Origin: an uncultured Gammaproteobacteria bacterium
Lineage (GTDB): Bacteria; Patescibacteriota; Microgenomatia; UBA8517
Direction: 5' to 3'
NCBI GenBank assembly: GCA_964635715.1
Contig: CAZWNZ010000001.1
Coordinates: forward strand, 248,122-312,121
Length of the DNA stretch: 64,000 bases
Shown: positions 1 to 9,475 of the stretch, one piece after another
Layout: each line of letters starts with the position of its first letter
Position numbering within the stretch: the stretch's first letter is position 1
Position numbers and translations under genes: made by a program
Notes under the pieces: generated by a model
What the model was told of the DNA's origin: nothing
The model's database searches: none
The model's input: the letters and a program-made list of their open reading frames with translations, nothing else

Positions 1-15
1 GCATTATCAGTCAGT

Positions 16-606
16 GTGGATCGTTTTCCTTCGGCACTTTTTATTAATTCGACGAATCTTAGAAAGTTTATTGACGAAAATTTTAAATCTACAACACAAT
101 TTTCTACGTGGTTTCTGTTAAATCCTGTTTTTACTCCAACGAAAGGTGATAGTAACTTTAAAGAAAGGTATTCCTTATACTCAAACCTATTAAAGGAAGT
201 GGCTAAAGATTATCTCGATGATTTTGATCTACTAAATGCATATAAACATGGTTACCGAATTAAAGCTAAACATGACCAAGCAATCCTCTCGATTGTCACA
301 AATAGTGGTCAACATTTTAAATTGAATGAATCGGATAGCACGATTATCTATTTTTCTAAGGAGACCATAAACGGCACCCCAATTATCTTTGAACATTCAT
401 TGAGTTTTAAGATTGGTAGAATTTTTGTTAAGTGTATCTTTGTATGTTCATTATTGAATAACATAAGAGCAAGTACACTTTTGTATTACAAGAAGAAATT
501 ACGAGGTAAAAGTATCTCTAGATTTTATATAGACGATAAAGAGGCATGGAGTAAGACATTTGGGGGCTCACATTTTAAAAGTACTGTTTTTTCGTTGGTT
601 AAATAA
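16..606 (+). CDS. hypothetical protein, probably 5'-truncated by the window edge; AT-rich island-like segment
   Basis: 196-aa ORF open to the window start; no family recognised. Confidence 0.6.
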   Translation: MDRFPSALFINSTNLRKFIDENFKSTTQFSTWFLLNPVFTPTKGDSNFKERYSLYSNLLKEVAKDYLDDFDLLNAYKHGYRIKAKHDQAILSIVTNSGQHFKLNESDSTIIYFSKETINGTPIIFEHSLSFKIGRIFVKCIFVCSLLNNIRASTLLYYKKKLRGKSISRFYIDDKEAWSKTFGGSHFKSTVFSLVK

Positions 607-611
607 CATAT

Positions 612-1388
612 ATGGCATTAAGTGATAATTACAAGGAAATTGCTACAACAATAACTAATGTTATTAAAAACTATTCGCTAAATTCAGAAAGAGAGGTTGA
701 TGAAAAATTCAAAATACAACTTGCTCACAGTATTCTTCTGCTTACCCATATTTATGTATTACTCAAGTCAGTTGCCGACCATCCAAAACAAAATGAAGTG
801 ACAGATGAACTTTTTGATTCTCAGATACTAATTTGGCAAGCGTGTAATAGTATGCTCGCAGCAATCCAATTAATTAGGCAGGGATACCCATTAGAGCCAC
901 AATTCCTTATGAGGGTAGCTATTGAAAGCCTGTCTTTAGCAATAAGTTTTCATTTTGACGAAAGATCATACTCACAATACAAAAATATGAAATTAAGTGG
1001 AAAAGATTGTATAGGCATTGCAAAAAAGGCACTAAAGGAAATCGGCCAAATTTACGGATTATTAAGTGAGGTTACCCATCCATCCAAAAAGACTACTGGC
1101 AATAATTATAATGAGCGAACTGGTTCAATAATAATCGGCGGTGGATATACCGATCATCTCTCTCATAGAGTACTTTTTAACTTCTCGTTGCTTAATTATT
1201 TACTTTTAACTCTTTGGAAAGGTTCGGAGCTTATATTCTATTCTTTTGAAGATGAACCAAAGTTCTGGGTCGAGAATGACGGTGGTTACAACTTAAAACT
1301 AGACAATTCTATAAAAGAGCTCGTGAAAACCATTGGAGAAGATTTTAGAAGTGCTATTGCCGCTGTAGATAAGAACGGTATCACCTAA
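612..1388 (+). CDS. helical protein, possibly HEPN-like / DUF5677-like
   Basis: 258 aa with R-x3-E (MRVAIE) and Y-x2-LS-x3-H (YGLLSEVTH) patterns typical of this group. Confidence 0.5.
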   Translation: MALSDNYKEIATTITNVIKNYSLNSEREVDEKFKIQLAHSILLLTHIYVLLKSVADHPKQNEVTDELFDSQILIWQACNSMLAAIQLIRQGYPLEPQFLMRVAIESLSLAISFHFDERSYSQYKNMKLSGKDCIGIAKKALKEIGQIYGLLSEVTHPSKKTTGNNYNERTGSIIIGGGYTDHLSHRVLFNFSLLNYLLLTLWKGSELIFYSFEDEPKFWVENDGGYNLKLDNSIKELVKTIGEDFRSAIAAVDKNGIT

Positions 1389-2035
1389 GGCGTCGGAACG
1401 TCTGACCAACCGTCTTTGCCTTGAGTAAATTCTCTACCGTCGGGAGCGACACATCTTTTTATTCCAGTTCTTTGGTAATACTGCTCTGAAGAGAGCTGTC
1501 CACCGTCGTGTCCAATTGCTTTTGTGCAATCTTCGTAAGTTTTAACCCAAGAGTACTTTTCTTTCAAAGTGGGTGCTAAGTCGCCACCTGGAAGAAGCTC
1601 TGGATCAAAATTACTATCAGGACAGCCGTGGTCGCAGGTACTGAGTTCACCTTGGTTAAGGAGCACATTCGCTATTTGCCAAGCAGTCATACTTTGGGAG
1701 ATCTTATATCTGGCTTCTCTTTCTATTGTCTTACTACCTCTACCCACTTTGATAAAATTTGTTCCACCTTTGGTTGTATCTTGTGTGTGCTCTAAAGCGA
1801 ATTTAAATGCATTCTCATCCTTAATGAATCCGTAGTAATGAAGATCACCGACTATAGCCATTAAGGTAGTATCTTTCTTAATTGTATATCCTATTAATTG
1901 CGTGTTTTGTCTTGGTGCCTCAAATTTGTTTTGCCAGTTTTTATACCATATACCGAATCCCAATCCGAGGACTACTAAGGCAAAAACAAGATAGGATACT
2001 AATCTTCTTTTTGAGACTTGTTTCTTCTTTGCCAT
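1385..2035 (-). CDS. membrane-anchored protein with MltG/YceG-like N-terminal domain
   Basis: N-terminal TM helix; GFIKDENAF and YKISQSMTAWQIANVL segments; Cys-containing C-terminus. Confidence 0.6.
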   Translation of the reverse strand: MAKKKQVSKRRLVSYLVFALVVLGLGFGIWYKNWQNKFEAPRQNTQLIGYTIKKDTTLMAIVGDLHYYGFIKDENAFKFALEHTQDTTKGGTNFIKVGRGSKTIEREARYKISQSMTAWQIANVLLNQGELSTCDHGCPDSNFDPELLPGGDLAPTLKEKYSWVKTYEDCTKAIGHDGGQLSSEQYYQRTGIKRCVAPDGREFTQGKDGWSDVPTP

Positions 2036-2100
2036 ATTCTTACTTAAGTATAGAACTTAACTAGTTTCCATGCCACAATCAAGTATGTCAAACTACATCA

Positions 2101-2166
2101 GTCTCAAATTTGTGAGACGCCCTTTTTATAGTGTCTCATTTGTCTCATTTAGCCTTGATATGAGAC
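2101..2166. repeat. five GTCTCA/TGAGAC boxes in direct and inverted orientation
   Basis: boxes at about 2101, 2113, 2133, 2142 and 2161. Confidence 0.65.
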
Positions 2167-2301
2167 AATCAGTTATAGGGATAAGAAGGTCCGTGACCGT
2201 CCCGCTCAGCCATTCGACTCCTTGCAGTCGCTCATGGCCTTCGGCCCTATAAATAATGTCGAATGTCCTGAGTGAGCAAGGCGAATCGAAGGAAGCCCAG
2301 A

Positions 2302-2574
2302 ATGTCCTATTACCTTTATATTCTCCGTACCACCTCTAACACTCTATATATTGGTCAAACAAATAACTTGGAGAGAAGATTAAAGGAGCACCAAACTAAA
2401 AATTCAAAATCTGCAAAATATGTTAGATATTTTGATTCAGTTAGTTTGGTTTACCAAGAAGAATATAAAACTAGAACCGAAGCTATGAGGAGGGAGTCTC
2501 AACTTAAAAAGTGGACGAAAGCTAAAAAAGAGGCGTTAATAGGTGGAGATTTAAGTTTATTGAAGAAATCATAG
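2302..2574 (+). CDS. stand-alone GIY-YIG nuclease (UPF0213/YhbQ-like)
   Basis: YYLYIL...LYIGQTNNLERRLKEH...EAMRRESQLKKW; ATG 2302 preferred. Confidence 0.9.
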   Translation: MSYYLYILRTTSNTLYIGQTNNLERRLKEHQTKNSKSAKYVRYFDSVSLVYQEEYKTRTEAMRRESQLKKWTKAKKEALIGGDLSLLKKS

Positions 2575-2779
2575 ATTAGTGAATCCAGGCTCTCAAACAC
2601 AACTTTTGACTTATAGTCTGCAAAGTACTACAATTGCTCCATATAATCAGCACGACTTGATTATTATGTAGCTTAATAAAACCCTTGAAACAATTTTGCT
2701 GCTTCAAGGAAGAAGCCGGAGCGAAGCATCTTGAAATACTCGGTGCCCGCAAAGCTTATAGATTGAGAGGAGACTTAAA

Positions 2780-2896
2780 ATGGGTCCAAAGTTACATTTA
2801 TTTAGTTTTGCTGAAGATCCGGATCCGAATGGTACCTATACGGACAGCGATCCGAACGATTCAGACGCAACCTGCCCGGAGGATTTTGACTCATAG
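2780..2896 (+). CDS. 38-aa acidic peptide MGPKLHLFSFAEDPDPNGTYTDSDPNDSDATCPEDFDS
   Basis: GAGAGGAG SD upstream and own terminator at 2917-2976; below the ORF-track length cutoff. Confidence 0.6.
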   Translation: MGPKLHLFSFAEDPDPNGTYTDSDPNDSDATCPEDFDS

Positions 2897-2916
2897 CCTT
2901 GAGATCCGATCCTCAA

Positions 2917-2976
2917 CCGGTCACTTATGTTAATTGTATCTACAAATACAAACCTCTAAGTGACCGGATTTTTTTT
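2917..2976 (+). terminator. intrinsic terminator
   Basis: CCGGTCACTTA / TAAGTGACCGG stem followed by T8. Confidence 0.7.
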
Positions 2977-3033
2977 AGTTCTCTTCGCTATTCAATTTGC
3001 TTCATCTTTAAAGGTTGGAGTACTATTTTATTA

Positions 3034-4041
3034 GTGAGAATTCTCAAACAAATTCTTCCGTTGATTTTTATAGTCGCAGTCTGCGCTGCCTATTACTTCT
3101 ACATTCCCAAATCCGTCAAGGTTATGAATGAAAGGATCGACATATCTGATCCTGAAATTTTGAATGAGGGGAGGATGAAGCTCTCCGAGGATCTGGCAGA
3201 CTATTTGGCTAAAGGGCTTCCCAAAAATCCCGGTAAAACTCCGACAATTTTGCATCTTTTTATTGGCAATCAAAGAAAGCTTGTGGACTTGAGGATTAAG
3301 AAGGCGATAGAAGAAATTAAAAATACGGAAGTTGGCCAAGGAAGTATCAGGATTTGGAGCACTATTAATATGGGTGCTGTCATAAAAACCGAAAAAAGAG
3401 TGATTGCATTTGATATTTCTGATATGGCTTTATCTTCCGCCCAAAGGGAACTGGCGGAAGTTGTGGATATTTTTTTGGTAACGCATAGCGACGGAGATCA
3501 TTATGGCCCCACACTTCTTAATAAAGCGCTGGCTTCGGGAAACAGCGTAGTTTTACCCGAAGGTATGGGATTTTTGTATGGAGATAGTCAAGCCAATTTG
3601 TATCATTTGGAGTATGATACGGAAACAGAAGTTGACGGAGTTAAAATTACAGCTTTCCAGACGGATCACAGGGGAGATAGAAATTTTGAAGAGCCAAATG
3701 CCTGGTATCTGGTTAAAATTGACGGGTTTACTCTTTTGCATACGGGAGACGGAATGAACCTAAAAAATGCAAAAGATAAAGAAAATATGGGCGGCAAATA
3801 TGATATTGATATCTATTTGGCCAACAGGAAGAATCATCCAAATGATGCCAAGAATGTGAGCCCGAAAGTTTTTGTGCCTCTCCATCTTTATAAATTTATT
3901 CATAGCAGGGAGGAACTTGAGGAAAGTACTTTTGGGTATGTTACGGAAGCTTACAGTAAGTACGAAGGTGAGTTAAAAGGGATTGGTATAAAGCTTCTTT
4001 TTATGGGGGAGAGTTTTGAGTATCCCGGCAATTTGTATTAA
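3034..4041 (+). CDS. membrane-anchored MBL-fold metallo-hydrolase
   Basis: THSDGDH (HxHxDH variant), HTGD and PLH motifs; likely GTG start before the TM helix. Confidence 0.8.
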   Translation: MRILKQILPLIFIVAVCAAYYFYIPKSVKVMNERIDISDPEILNEGRMKLSEDLADYLAKGLPKNPGKTPTILHLFIGNQRKLVDLRIKKAIEEIKNTEVGQGSIRIWSTINMGAVIKTEKRVIAFDISDMALSSAQRELAEVVDIFLVTHSDGDHYGPTLLNKALASGNSVVLPEGMGFLYGDSQANLYHLEYDTETEVDGVKITAFQTDHRGDRNFEEPNAWYLVKIDGFTLLHTGDGMNLKNAKDKENMGGKYDIDIYLANRKNHPNDAKNVSPKVFVPLHLYKFIHSREELEESTFGYVTEAYSKYEGELKGIGIKLLFMGESFEYPGNLY

Positions 4042-4050
4042 TATTAATTT

Positions 4051-4242
4051 ATGGTAAGGAGGTGGAAAAATAAAAGTATGAAAGGAGAAGCTTGCGGAGT
4101 GTATGGAGTCGGATTCATTGGTGCTTTGATTTACTTTATTCAAAATGCCAGTACTTTTGGCGAGGGAGTTTTAGGTGTGCTAAAAGCTATTGTCTGGCCG
4201 GCTTTTGTTGTTTATAAACTGCTTGGTTTTTTGAAATTATAA
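4051..4242 (+). CDS. small two-TM membrane protein
   Basis: hydrophobic 63-aa ORF; alternative start at 4078. Confidence 0.75.
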   Translation: MVRRWKNKSMKGEACGVYGVGFIGALIYFIQNASTFGEGVLGVLKAIVWPAFVVYKLLGFLKL

Positions 4243-4253
4243 GCCGATGCCCA

Positions 4254-4281
4254 AAAATCCCCTTATGACAGGGGATTTTTG
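4254..4281. terminator. bidirectional intrinsic terminator
   Basis: AAAATCCCC-loop-GGGGATTTTT between convergent genes. Confidence 0.75.
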
Positions 4282-4298
4282 TGCCCAAAGTGGGAGAA

Positions 4299-4781
4299 TT
4301 AATTACCTTGCGGTCCTTGCCCTTGTGGAGCTGTTCCGCCAAGCTGCATCAATTCTCCTCCAATAGTAATAGTAACTGCACTAACTGTGCCGTCAGAACC
4401 AGTTGTTCCGTTGACGACAACAGTATCGCCTTCAGTAAGGTCAGAGATTGAGCCTTCGTTGGCAATCTTGATGGCAGTTGAGCTTGAAAGAGTTACTATT
4501 TTGCTCCCTCCATCTTGAGTCTTTATAGTAATACTGCCGTCATCAATACTTGTTATTTCACCGCTAACGGGCTGGTTGCCTGCAGACCCGGCTCTTCCGT
4601 TGGTAGACCCTTTTCCGTTGGGAAGAGTGTTTTGCTGAACGTTATCCGGCATGTCTTTAGACTTCTGGCTGCCTTGATATTTCATGCCGGCAAAAAATCC
4701 GGCTCCGAGACATATTAAAGCAGCAATAATAATTGCTATTGCTTTTTTATTGTTTCTTTTTACTTCTTTTACCTCATTCAT
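4299..4781 (-). CDS. membrane-anchored DUF5666-like protein
   Basis: TM helix; SGEITSIDDGSITI and DLTEGDTVVVNG motifs; SD before ATG 4781. Confidence 0.75.
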   Translation of the reverse strand: MNEVKEVKRNNKKAIAIIIAALICLGAGFFAGMKYQGSQKSKDMPDNVQQNTLPNGKGSTNGRAGSAGNQPVSGEITSIDDGSITIKTQDGGSKIVTLSSSTAIKIANEGSISDLTEGDTVVVNGTTGSDGTVSAVTITIGGELMQLGGTAPQGQGPQGN

Positions 4782-4913
4782 AATAATCACCCCCTCCCAG
4801 TTGGATAGCCCTTTGGGCATCCAACGGGATCCCGTGAGATGGTAAAGCCTATCTCACTGGGATCTTACAACGATAAGATTTTCATCTTAAAAAATACTGA
4901 GAATTATAAGTGT

Positions 4914-6140
4914 TTACTCATAGCGTAACGCTTCAATTGGCTGAAGGTTTGCCGCTTTTCTTGCAGGATACCACCCAAATACTATTCCAATTCCTGCAGA
5001 AACAGTAAAAGCTAAAAGAACTGAACTGATTGAAACAAAAAACGAAGAATCGTTTAGTTTTGTGTAGATATAAAAACCGGCAAGTCCGAAAATGACTCCC
5101 AATATTCCGCCCGCAAAAGTTAGAATAACCGATTCTGCTAAAAATTGAGCGATAATTGTTTTTTTCTTGGCGCCAAGCGCTTTCCTAAGACCGATTTCGC
5201 GGGTTCTTTCGGTGACTGACATAAGCATAATATTCATAATTCCAATTCCTCCAACGAGTAGGGAAATGGCTGCAACCCCGGCCAACATGGAAGTAAATGT
5301 ACCAGTGACAGCAGTAGCGGTTTCTAATATATCCGATTGGGACATTATTGTGAAATCTGCATTAGCAATTTCGCTGATGTTATGTCTTTTGAGCAGTAGA
5401 TATCCAACCTGATTTGCTGCCTTGTTCATCAAAGTATCGCTTTTTGCCTCAACCGCAATTGTAGATAAATATTTGACACCAAAAACTTGCTTTTGGGCGG
5501 TCGTCAAAGGAATATATATTCTGTCATCGGCGTTGTCCATACCACTTCCACCTTTGCTTTCGGTAACGCCAATTACAAGAAAAGTTTTTCCATTAATTCG
5601 AATCGATTGACCTACCGGATTTGCACCGGTTCCAAAAAGATCTTCGGCAGTAGTCGGTCCGAGTACTGCCACTTTGGAAATGGCTTCAACATTCTCATCG
5701 GTGATAAATGACCCTGAATCAATTTCCAACTTTCTGACTTCAGTATAGCTTGGTGTGACTCCGATGATTGTTGTGTTTGTATTATTACCGCCTGCGGTTA
5801 CCTGAGAACGGCTGGAATATTCCGGTGACACATTTTTGATCGTAGTTACGGAAGTCGAATCAAGAATTGCCAAAGCGTCATCGTAAGTCAGGGTTTGAAC
5901 ACTGGACGCACTGCGAACCCCGGCGGTTGTACTCCTGGTAGGGGAAACGGTTAGTAAATTTGAGCCAATTGATTGTATCTGATCTTGTACAGATCTTTTA
6001 CTGGATTCACCCATAGACATAAGGGCAATGACACTTCCTATGCTAATAATAATCCCAAGCATTGCAAGACCTGTTCTGGTCTTGTTCATACCTAAATTTT
6101 TAATGCCGGTTTTAAGTAATTTGACGAGTATCATTTGCAA
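4914..6140 (-). CDS. MacB/FtsX-type ABC transporter permease
   Basis: RTGLAMLGIII, GGIGIMNIML, ERTREIGLRKALGA and PIEALRYE motifs. Confidence 0.95.
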   Translation of the reverse strand: MQMILVKLLKTGIKNLGMNKTRTGLAMLGIIISIGSVIALMSMGESSKRSVQDQIQSIGSNLLTVSPTRSTTAGVRSASSVQTLTYDDALAILDSTSVTTIKNVSPEYSSRSQVTAGGNNTNTTIIGVTPSYTEVRKLEIDSGSFITDENVEAISKVAVLGPTTAEDLFGTGANPVGQSIRINGKTFLVIGVTESKGGSGMDNADDRIYIPLTTAQKQVFGVKYLSTIAVEAKSDTLMNKAANQVGYLLLKRHNISEIANADFTIMSQSDILETATAVTGTFTSMLAGVAAISLLVGGIGIMNIMLMSVTERTREIGLRKALGAKKKTIIAQFLAESVILTFAGGILGVIFGLAGFYIYTKLNDSSFFVSISSVLLAFTVSAGIGIVFGWYPARKAANLQPIEALRYE

Positions 6141-6846
6141 TTTTTTGTATTAGACGTTGCTTATGCCCATTGCCTTCGATAATTTTCCCGTCCTTGATAT
6201 GAATTATGCGTTTGGCATGCTCTGCTATGTCCGGTTCGTGGGTAATCATTATTATCGTTCTGCCCTGTTTGTTTAATTTTTGGAAGATTGACATAACTTC
6301 TTCAGCCTGAGCTGATGCAATGTTACCGGTTGGCTCGTCTGCCAAAAGCATGGCAGGGTCCATAGTAAGACTCCGTGCGATGGCCACTCTTTGCTGTTGG
6401 CCTCCGGAAAGTTTGTTGGGAGGAAAATTAATTCTTTCCTGCAGTCCGACAACAGAGAGAAGTTGTTTTGCCTTCGCCCTGGCTTCATCTTCAGGGATAC
6501 CGGCATATTCCATAGGGACAACAACATTATCGATTGCGGAAGTTCTTGGCAGTAAATTATAAGCTTGGAAAATAAATCCGATTTCCTTATTTCTTATTTC
6601 CGCAAGCTCATCGTCGGAGAGCTTCCCCACATCTTTGCCGTTAAGCAGATATGTTCCGCTTGTAGGCTGATCAAGCGCGCCGAGGATGTGCATAAGAGTA
6701 GATTTTCCGCTTCCGGATGGGCCCATTATGGCTACAAATTCACCCTCGTTAATTGTCAGGGAAATATCTTGAAGAACCATGGTTTCCAGATCATCGGTTT
6801 TATAAGATTTCACAAGATGAGAAATCTCAATAATAGGTTTGGACAT
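6112..6846 (-). CDS. ABC transporter ATP-binding protein (MacB/LolD type)
   Basis: [16 protein letters not shown] and LLADEPTG motifs; start MSKPII at 6846. Confidence 0.95.
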   Translation of the reverse strand: MSKPIIEISHLVKSYKTDDLETMVLQDISLTINEGEFVAIMGPSGSGKSTLMHILGALDQPTSGTYLLNGKDVGKLSDDELAEIRNKEIGFIFQAYNLLPRTSAIDNVVVPMEYAGIPEDEARAKAKQLLSVVGLQERINFPPNKLSGGQQQRVAIARSLTMDPAMLLADEPTGNIASAQAEEVMSIFQKLNKQGRTIIMITHEPDIAEHAKRIIHIKDGKIIEGNGHKQRLIQKIANDTRQIT

Positions 6847-6850
6847 AACT

Positions 6851-8293
6851 TTAGAAGCCTCCCGGCATACCACCTCCCGGCATTCCACCTCCCATATTAG
6901 AACTGCCCGAAGAAGAGCTCTTTGTGCCGGAAGTGGTTGTGTTTCCAGTGAAGAGAGAGGAGTCGTCATCTTCGGTGCTGTTGTCAACAACAATAATTGA
7001 TGTAACGACAATTTCTCCTTCATTTATTCCAGAAGTAATTACGGTATAAAAATCGTTAGATGTTCCAACTTCTACGGTTGTGGTAACGGGTTTACCATCT
7101 TTCATTATTTGAACGGTTGAGACACCGCCTGCTGTGTTTATTGCGTTTGAGGGCACCATGACAGCGTCTGCAACGGAGTTGGTAATAATCTCAACATTAA
7201 TTGCCATGTTTGGATAGATATCAACACTGGATGAGTCAAGCAGTATTGTGACAGGGTAAGAAGTAACGCTTGATGTGACACTTCCGCTGGTGTTTACTGC
7301 AAGAACTTTTCCGGTGAATGTCATATCCGAATACGCATCTATTGTAATGACCACTTTTTGATTTGCCTTAATATTTAATACGTCCGTTTCGGACATGCTT
7401 ACTGTAGCAATAAGCTGTCCATCCGGGTCGTTGATTTTGCCTACAGTCTGCGATGAGATAATAGTAGAGCCAGTAGTAGAACTGGTTGAAGAGTTTGCGG
7501 ATACGGACAATCCCTCAAACAATGCAAGATCCGAGACGGTTCCGGATGCCGGTGCGTAAATAGTTGCAGAATTTTCCTGGTAATCACGGAGAGCTGAAGT
7601 TATGCCTGCCTGCGCTTTGGCTATATCGGCAGTTGAGTTTGTGTATTTTGTCTGATTTGCCTCGAATGTTAATTTTGCGGCTTCATATTCTTTGGTCAAG
7701 ATAGCCTTTTCGTTATATGTGTATTCCGCATTTGTATCGGGATTCCAGGCTCCTGCAATCATGTTGTTGTATTCTTCTTCCGTATCGAGCCATGTTTGAC
7801 GGGAAGTCCACATATCTTTATCTGAGTTTATCTGCGCGATTTTGGCAGTGTTAACTGCTTCGACAGCGTCAAGATAACTTGCCCAAGCATCAGCTTGGCG
7901 TTTAACAGCATACTCATCAAGAGTAACCTCTGCTAATTTTTGACCTTTGGTGACAGTATCACCATTGGTTACATATACTGTTTTAACAGTACCGGAAACC
8001 TTGGTTGTAATGTTGGTGTAATTGCCTGAAGTAATAGTTCCTGATCCTGAAGTTGAAACAATAAGAGTTCCTTTTACTGCCGCCTCTGTTTCGTAGGTAG
8101 TTTTGGGTTTTTGAATTTTATCAATGAAAATCCAAATTCCGGCAGCCAACAAGACAGGAATTAAAGGGAAAATTATCTTTTTTGTCAGAGAAAGATCATG
8201 ATAATATTTCTTAATATCGACAGCTTTCTCTTTCAGAGAAGTTCGAAACAACCACTTGGCCGTTTTTTTGTTTGCCTTTTTAATAAATTGCAT
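6851..8293 (-). CDS. MacA/HlyD-type efflux adaptor subunit
   Basis: TM helix, lipoyl-like VSGTVKTVYV and IYAPASGTV segments, coiled hairpin; operon with the ABC genes. Confidence 0.9.
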   Translation of the reverse strand: MQFIKKANKKTAKWLFRTSLKEKAVDIKKYYHDLSLTKKIIFPLIPVLLAAGIWIFIDKIQKPKTTYETEAAVKGTLIVSTSGSGTITSGNYTNITTKVSGTVKTVYVTNGDTVTKGQKLAEVTLDEYAVKRQADAWASYLDAVEAVNTAKIAQINSDKDMWTSRQTWLDTEEEYNNMIAGAWNPDTNAEYTYNEKAILTKEYEAAKLTFEANQTKYTNSTADIAKAQAGITSALRDYQENSATIYAPASGTVSDLALFEGLSVSANSSTSSTTGSTIISSQTVGKINDPDGQLIATVSMSETDVLNIKANQKVVITIDAYSDMTFTGKVLAVNTSGSVTSSVTSYPVTILLDSSSVDIYPNMAINVEIITNSVADAVMVPSNAINTAGGVSTVQIMKDGKPVTTTVEVGTSNDFYTVITSGINEGEIVVTSIIVVDNSTEDDDSSLFTGNTTTSGTKSSSSGSSNMGGGMPGGGMPGGF

Positions 8294-8373
8294 ATTTTAA
8301 CCGGATACTTACGAGTCTAAATTTGAAACCTGAGGATTTCCTTAAGATTTGACGATATATAATTAAATATAAA

Positions 8374-9459
8374 ATGAAAAAGATTCTTCCTTACGTTTTG
8401 ATATTCTTTGTTTTTGCAATGATGCTGTTGATTACCCACAAAGACTCTTTCAGTTACCGATTTGATCAAAATCTAATCCGTAATTATTTAAGAAGCCAGG
8501 ACATTGAAGACTTGAGGGGGGAGATAAAAGACAGGGTAATAATAAGCGACAGTGATATTTATATTGCATCGGGATATCTTTATACCATAGGCGAGAACCC
8601 TGCCAAATATAATTTTCAGCACCCTCCATTTATAAAATATTTGTTTGGCTTTTCGACTCTTTTAACAGGAAATCCTTTATGGGTGCAGATGTTTTTTGGT
8701 TTGATATTTCTATTTTTAACTTATTTTTTGTCTGCAAAGTTGATTAAAAACAAATTTTTGTCTTTGATCCCTGTCGGACTTCTGCTTTTTGACCCTGTTT
8801 TTGGAGAAATGATGAATGGTGCTTATTTGGATTTAGGACAGGCGGTTTTTGCTCTAGTGTTTATAATTTTGGTATTGTATTACCCCAAAAAATGGCTTTT
8901 GACTGGGATTGCTCTTGGACTTTTTGCGACATCAAAATTCTGGAGCACTACAATAATATATATTATTGTAGTGACGGCATATAAGTTTATTAGGAAGGAA
9001 AAAATAAACTTCAAAAATCTAATTTTTACTTTTGGGATCGCATTTTTTGTTTTCGTTTTAACTTACATTAAGTTCTTCATAGATGGGGGAGGGATAGTCG
9101 GTTTTATTGAAATTCAGGGAAGGATTTTGAAATTCATGCTTTCTCATAATTCTGCAGGAACTGTTGGAGGATCTATTCTTTTATTTTTGACAGGATTTTT
9201 CTCACCCTGGTGGGAAGAAGGGGTTGAAAGAGCCCTGGATTGGAGTTTTCTTTGGCCACTGGGGCTAGTCAGCTCGATTATTTTGGTAATAAAATCTAAA
9301 CTAAAATCTGCGGAATCTGTCCTTTATCTTTTACCGTTTACCTATTTACTGCTGATAGGAACAGGCGTTCCTTTTACCAGATATTTTTTGATAACCCTGC
9401 CCTTTGTCCATATAAGTTTGGTAAAATTAATTGCTGGTTTTAGACAGTTAAATAAGTGA
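8374..9459 (+). CDS. GT-C fold (family 39/ArnT-like) membrane glycosyltransferase
   Basis: polytopic protein with SDSDIY, NFQHPPFIKY, K after a TM helix and RY motifs. Confidence 0.75.
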   Translation: MKKILPYVLIFFVFAMMLLITHKDSFSYRFDQNLIRNYLRSQDIEDLRGEIKDRVIISDSDIYIASGYLYTIGENPAKYNFQHPPFIKYLFGFSTLLTGNPLWVQMFFGLIFLFLTYFLSAKLIKNKFLSLIPVGLLLFDPVFGEMMNGAYLDLGQAVFALVFIILVLYYPKKWLLTGIALGLFATSKFWSTTIIYIIVVTAYKFIRKEKINFKNLIFTFGIAFFVFVLTYIKFFIDGGGIVGFIEIQGRILKFMLSHNSAGTVGGSILLFLTGFFSPWWEEGVERALDWSFLWPLGLVSSIILVIKSKLKSAESVLYLLPFTYLLLIGTGVPFTRYFLITLPFVHISLVKLIAGFRQLNK

Positions 9460-9475
9460 CGTATATAAGATTATT

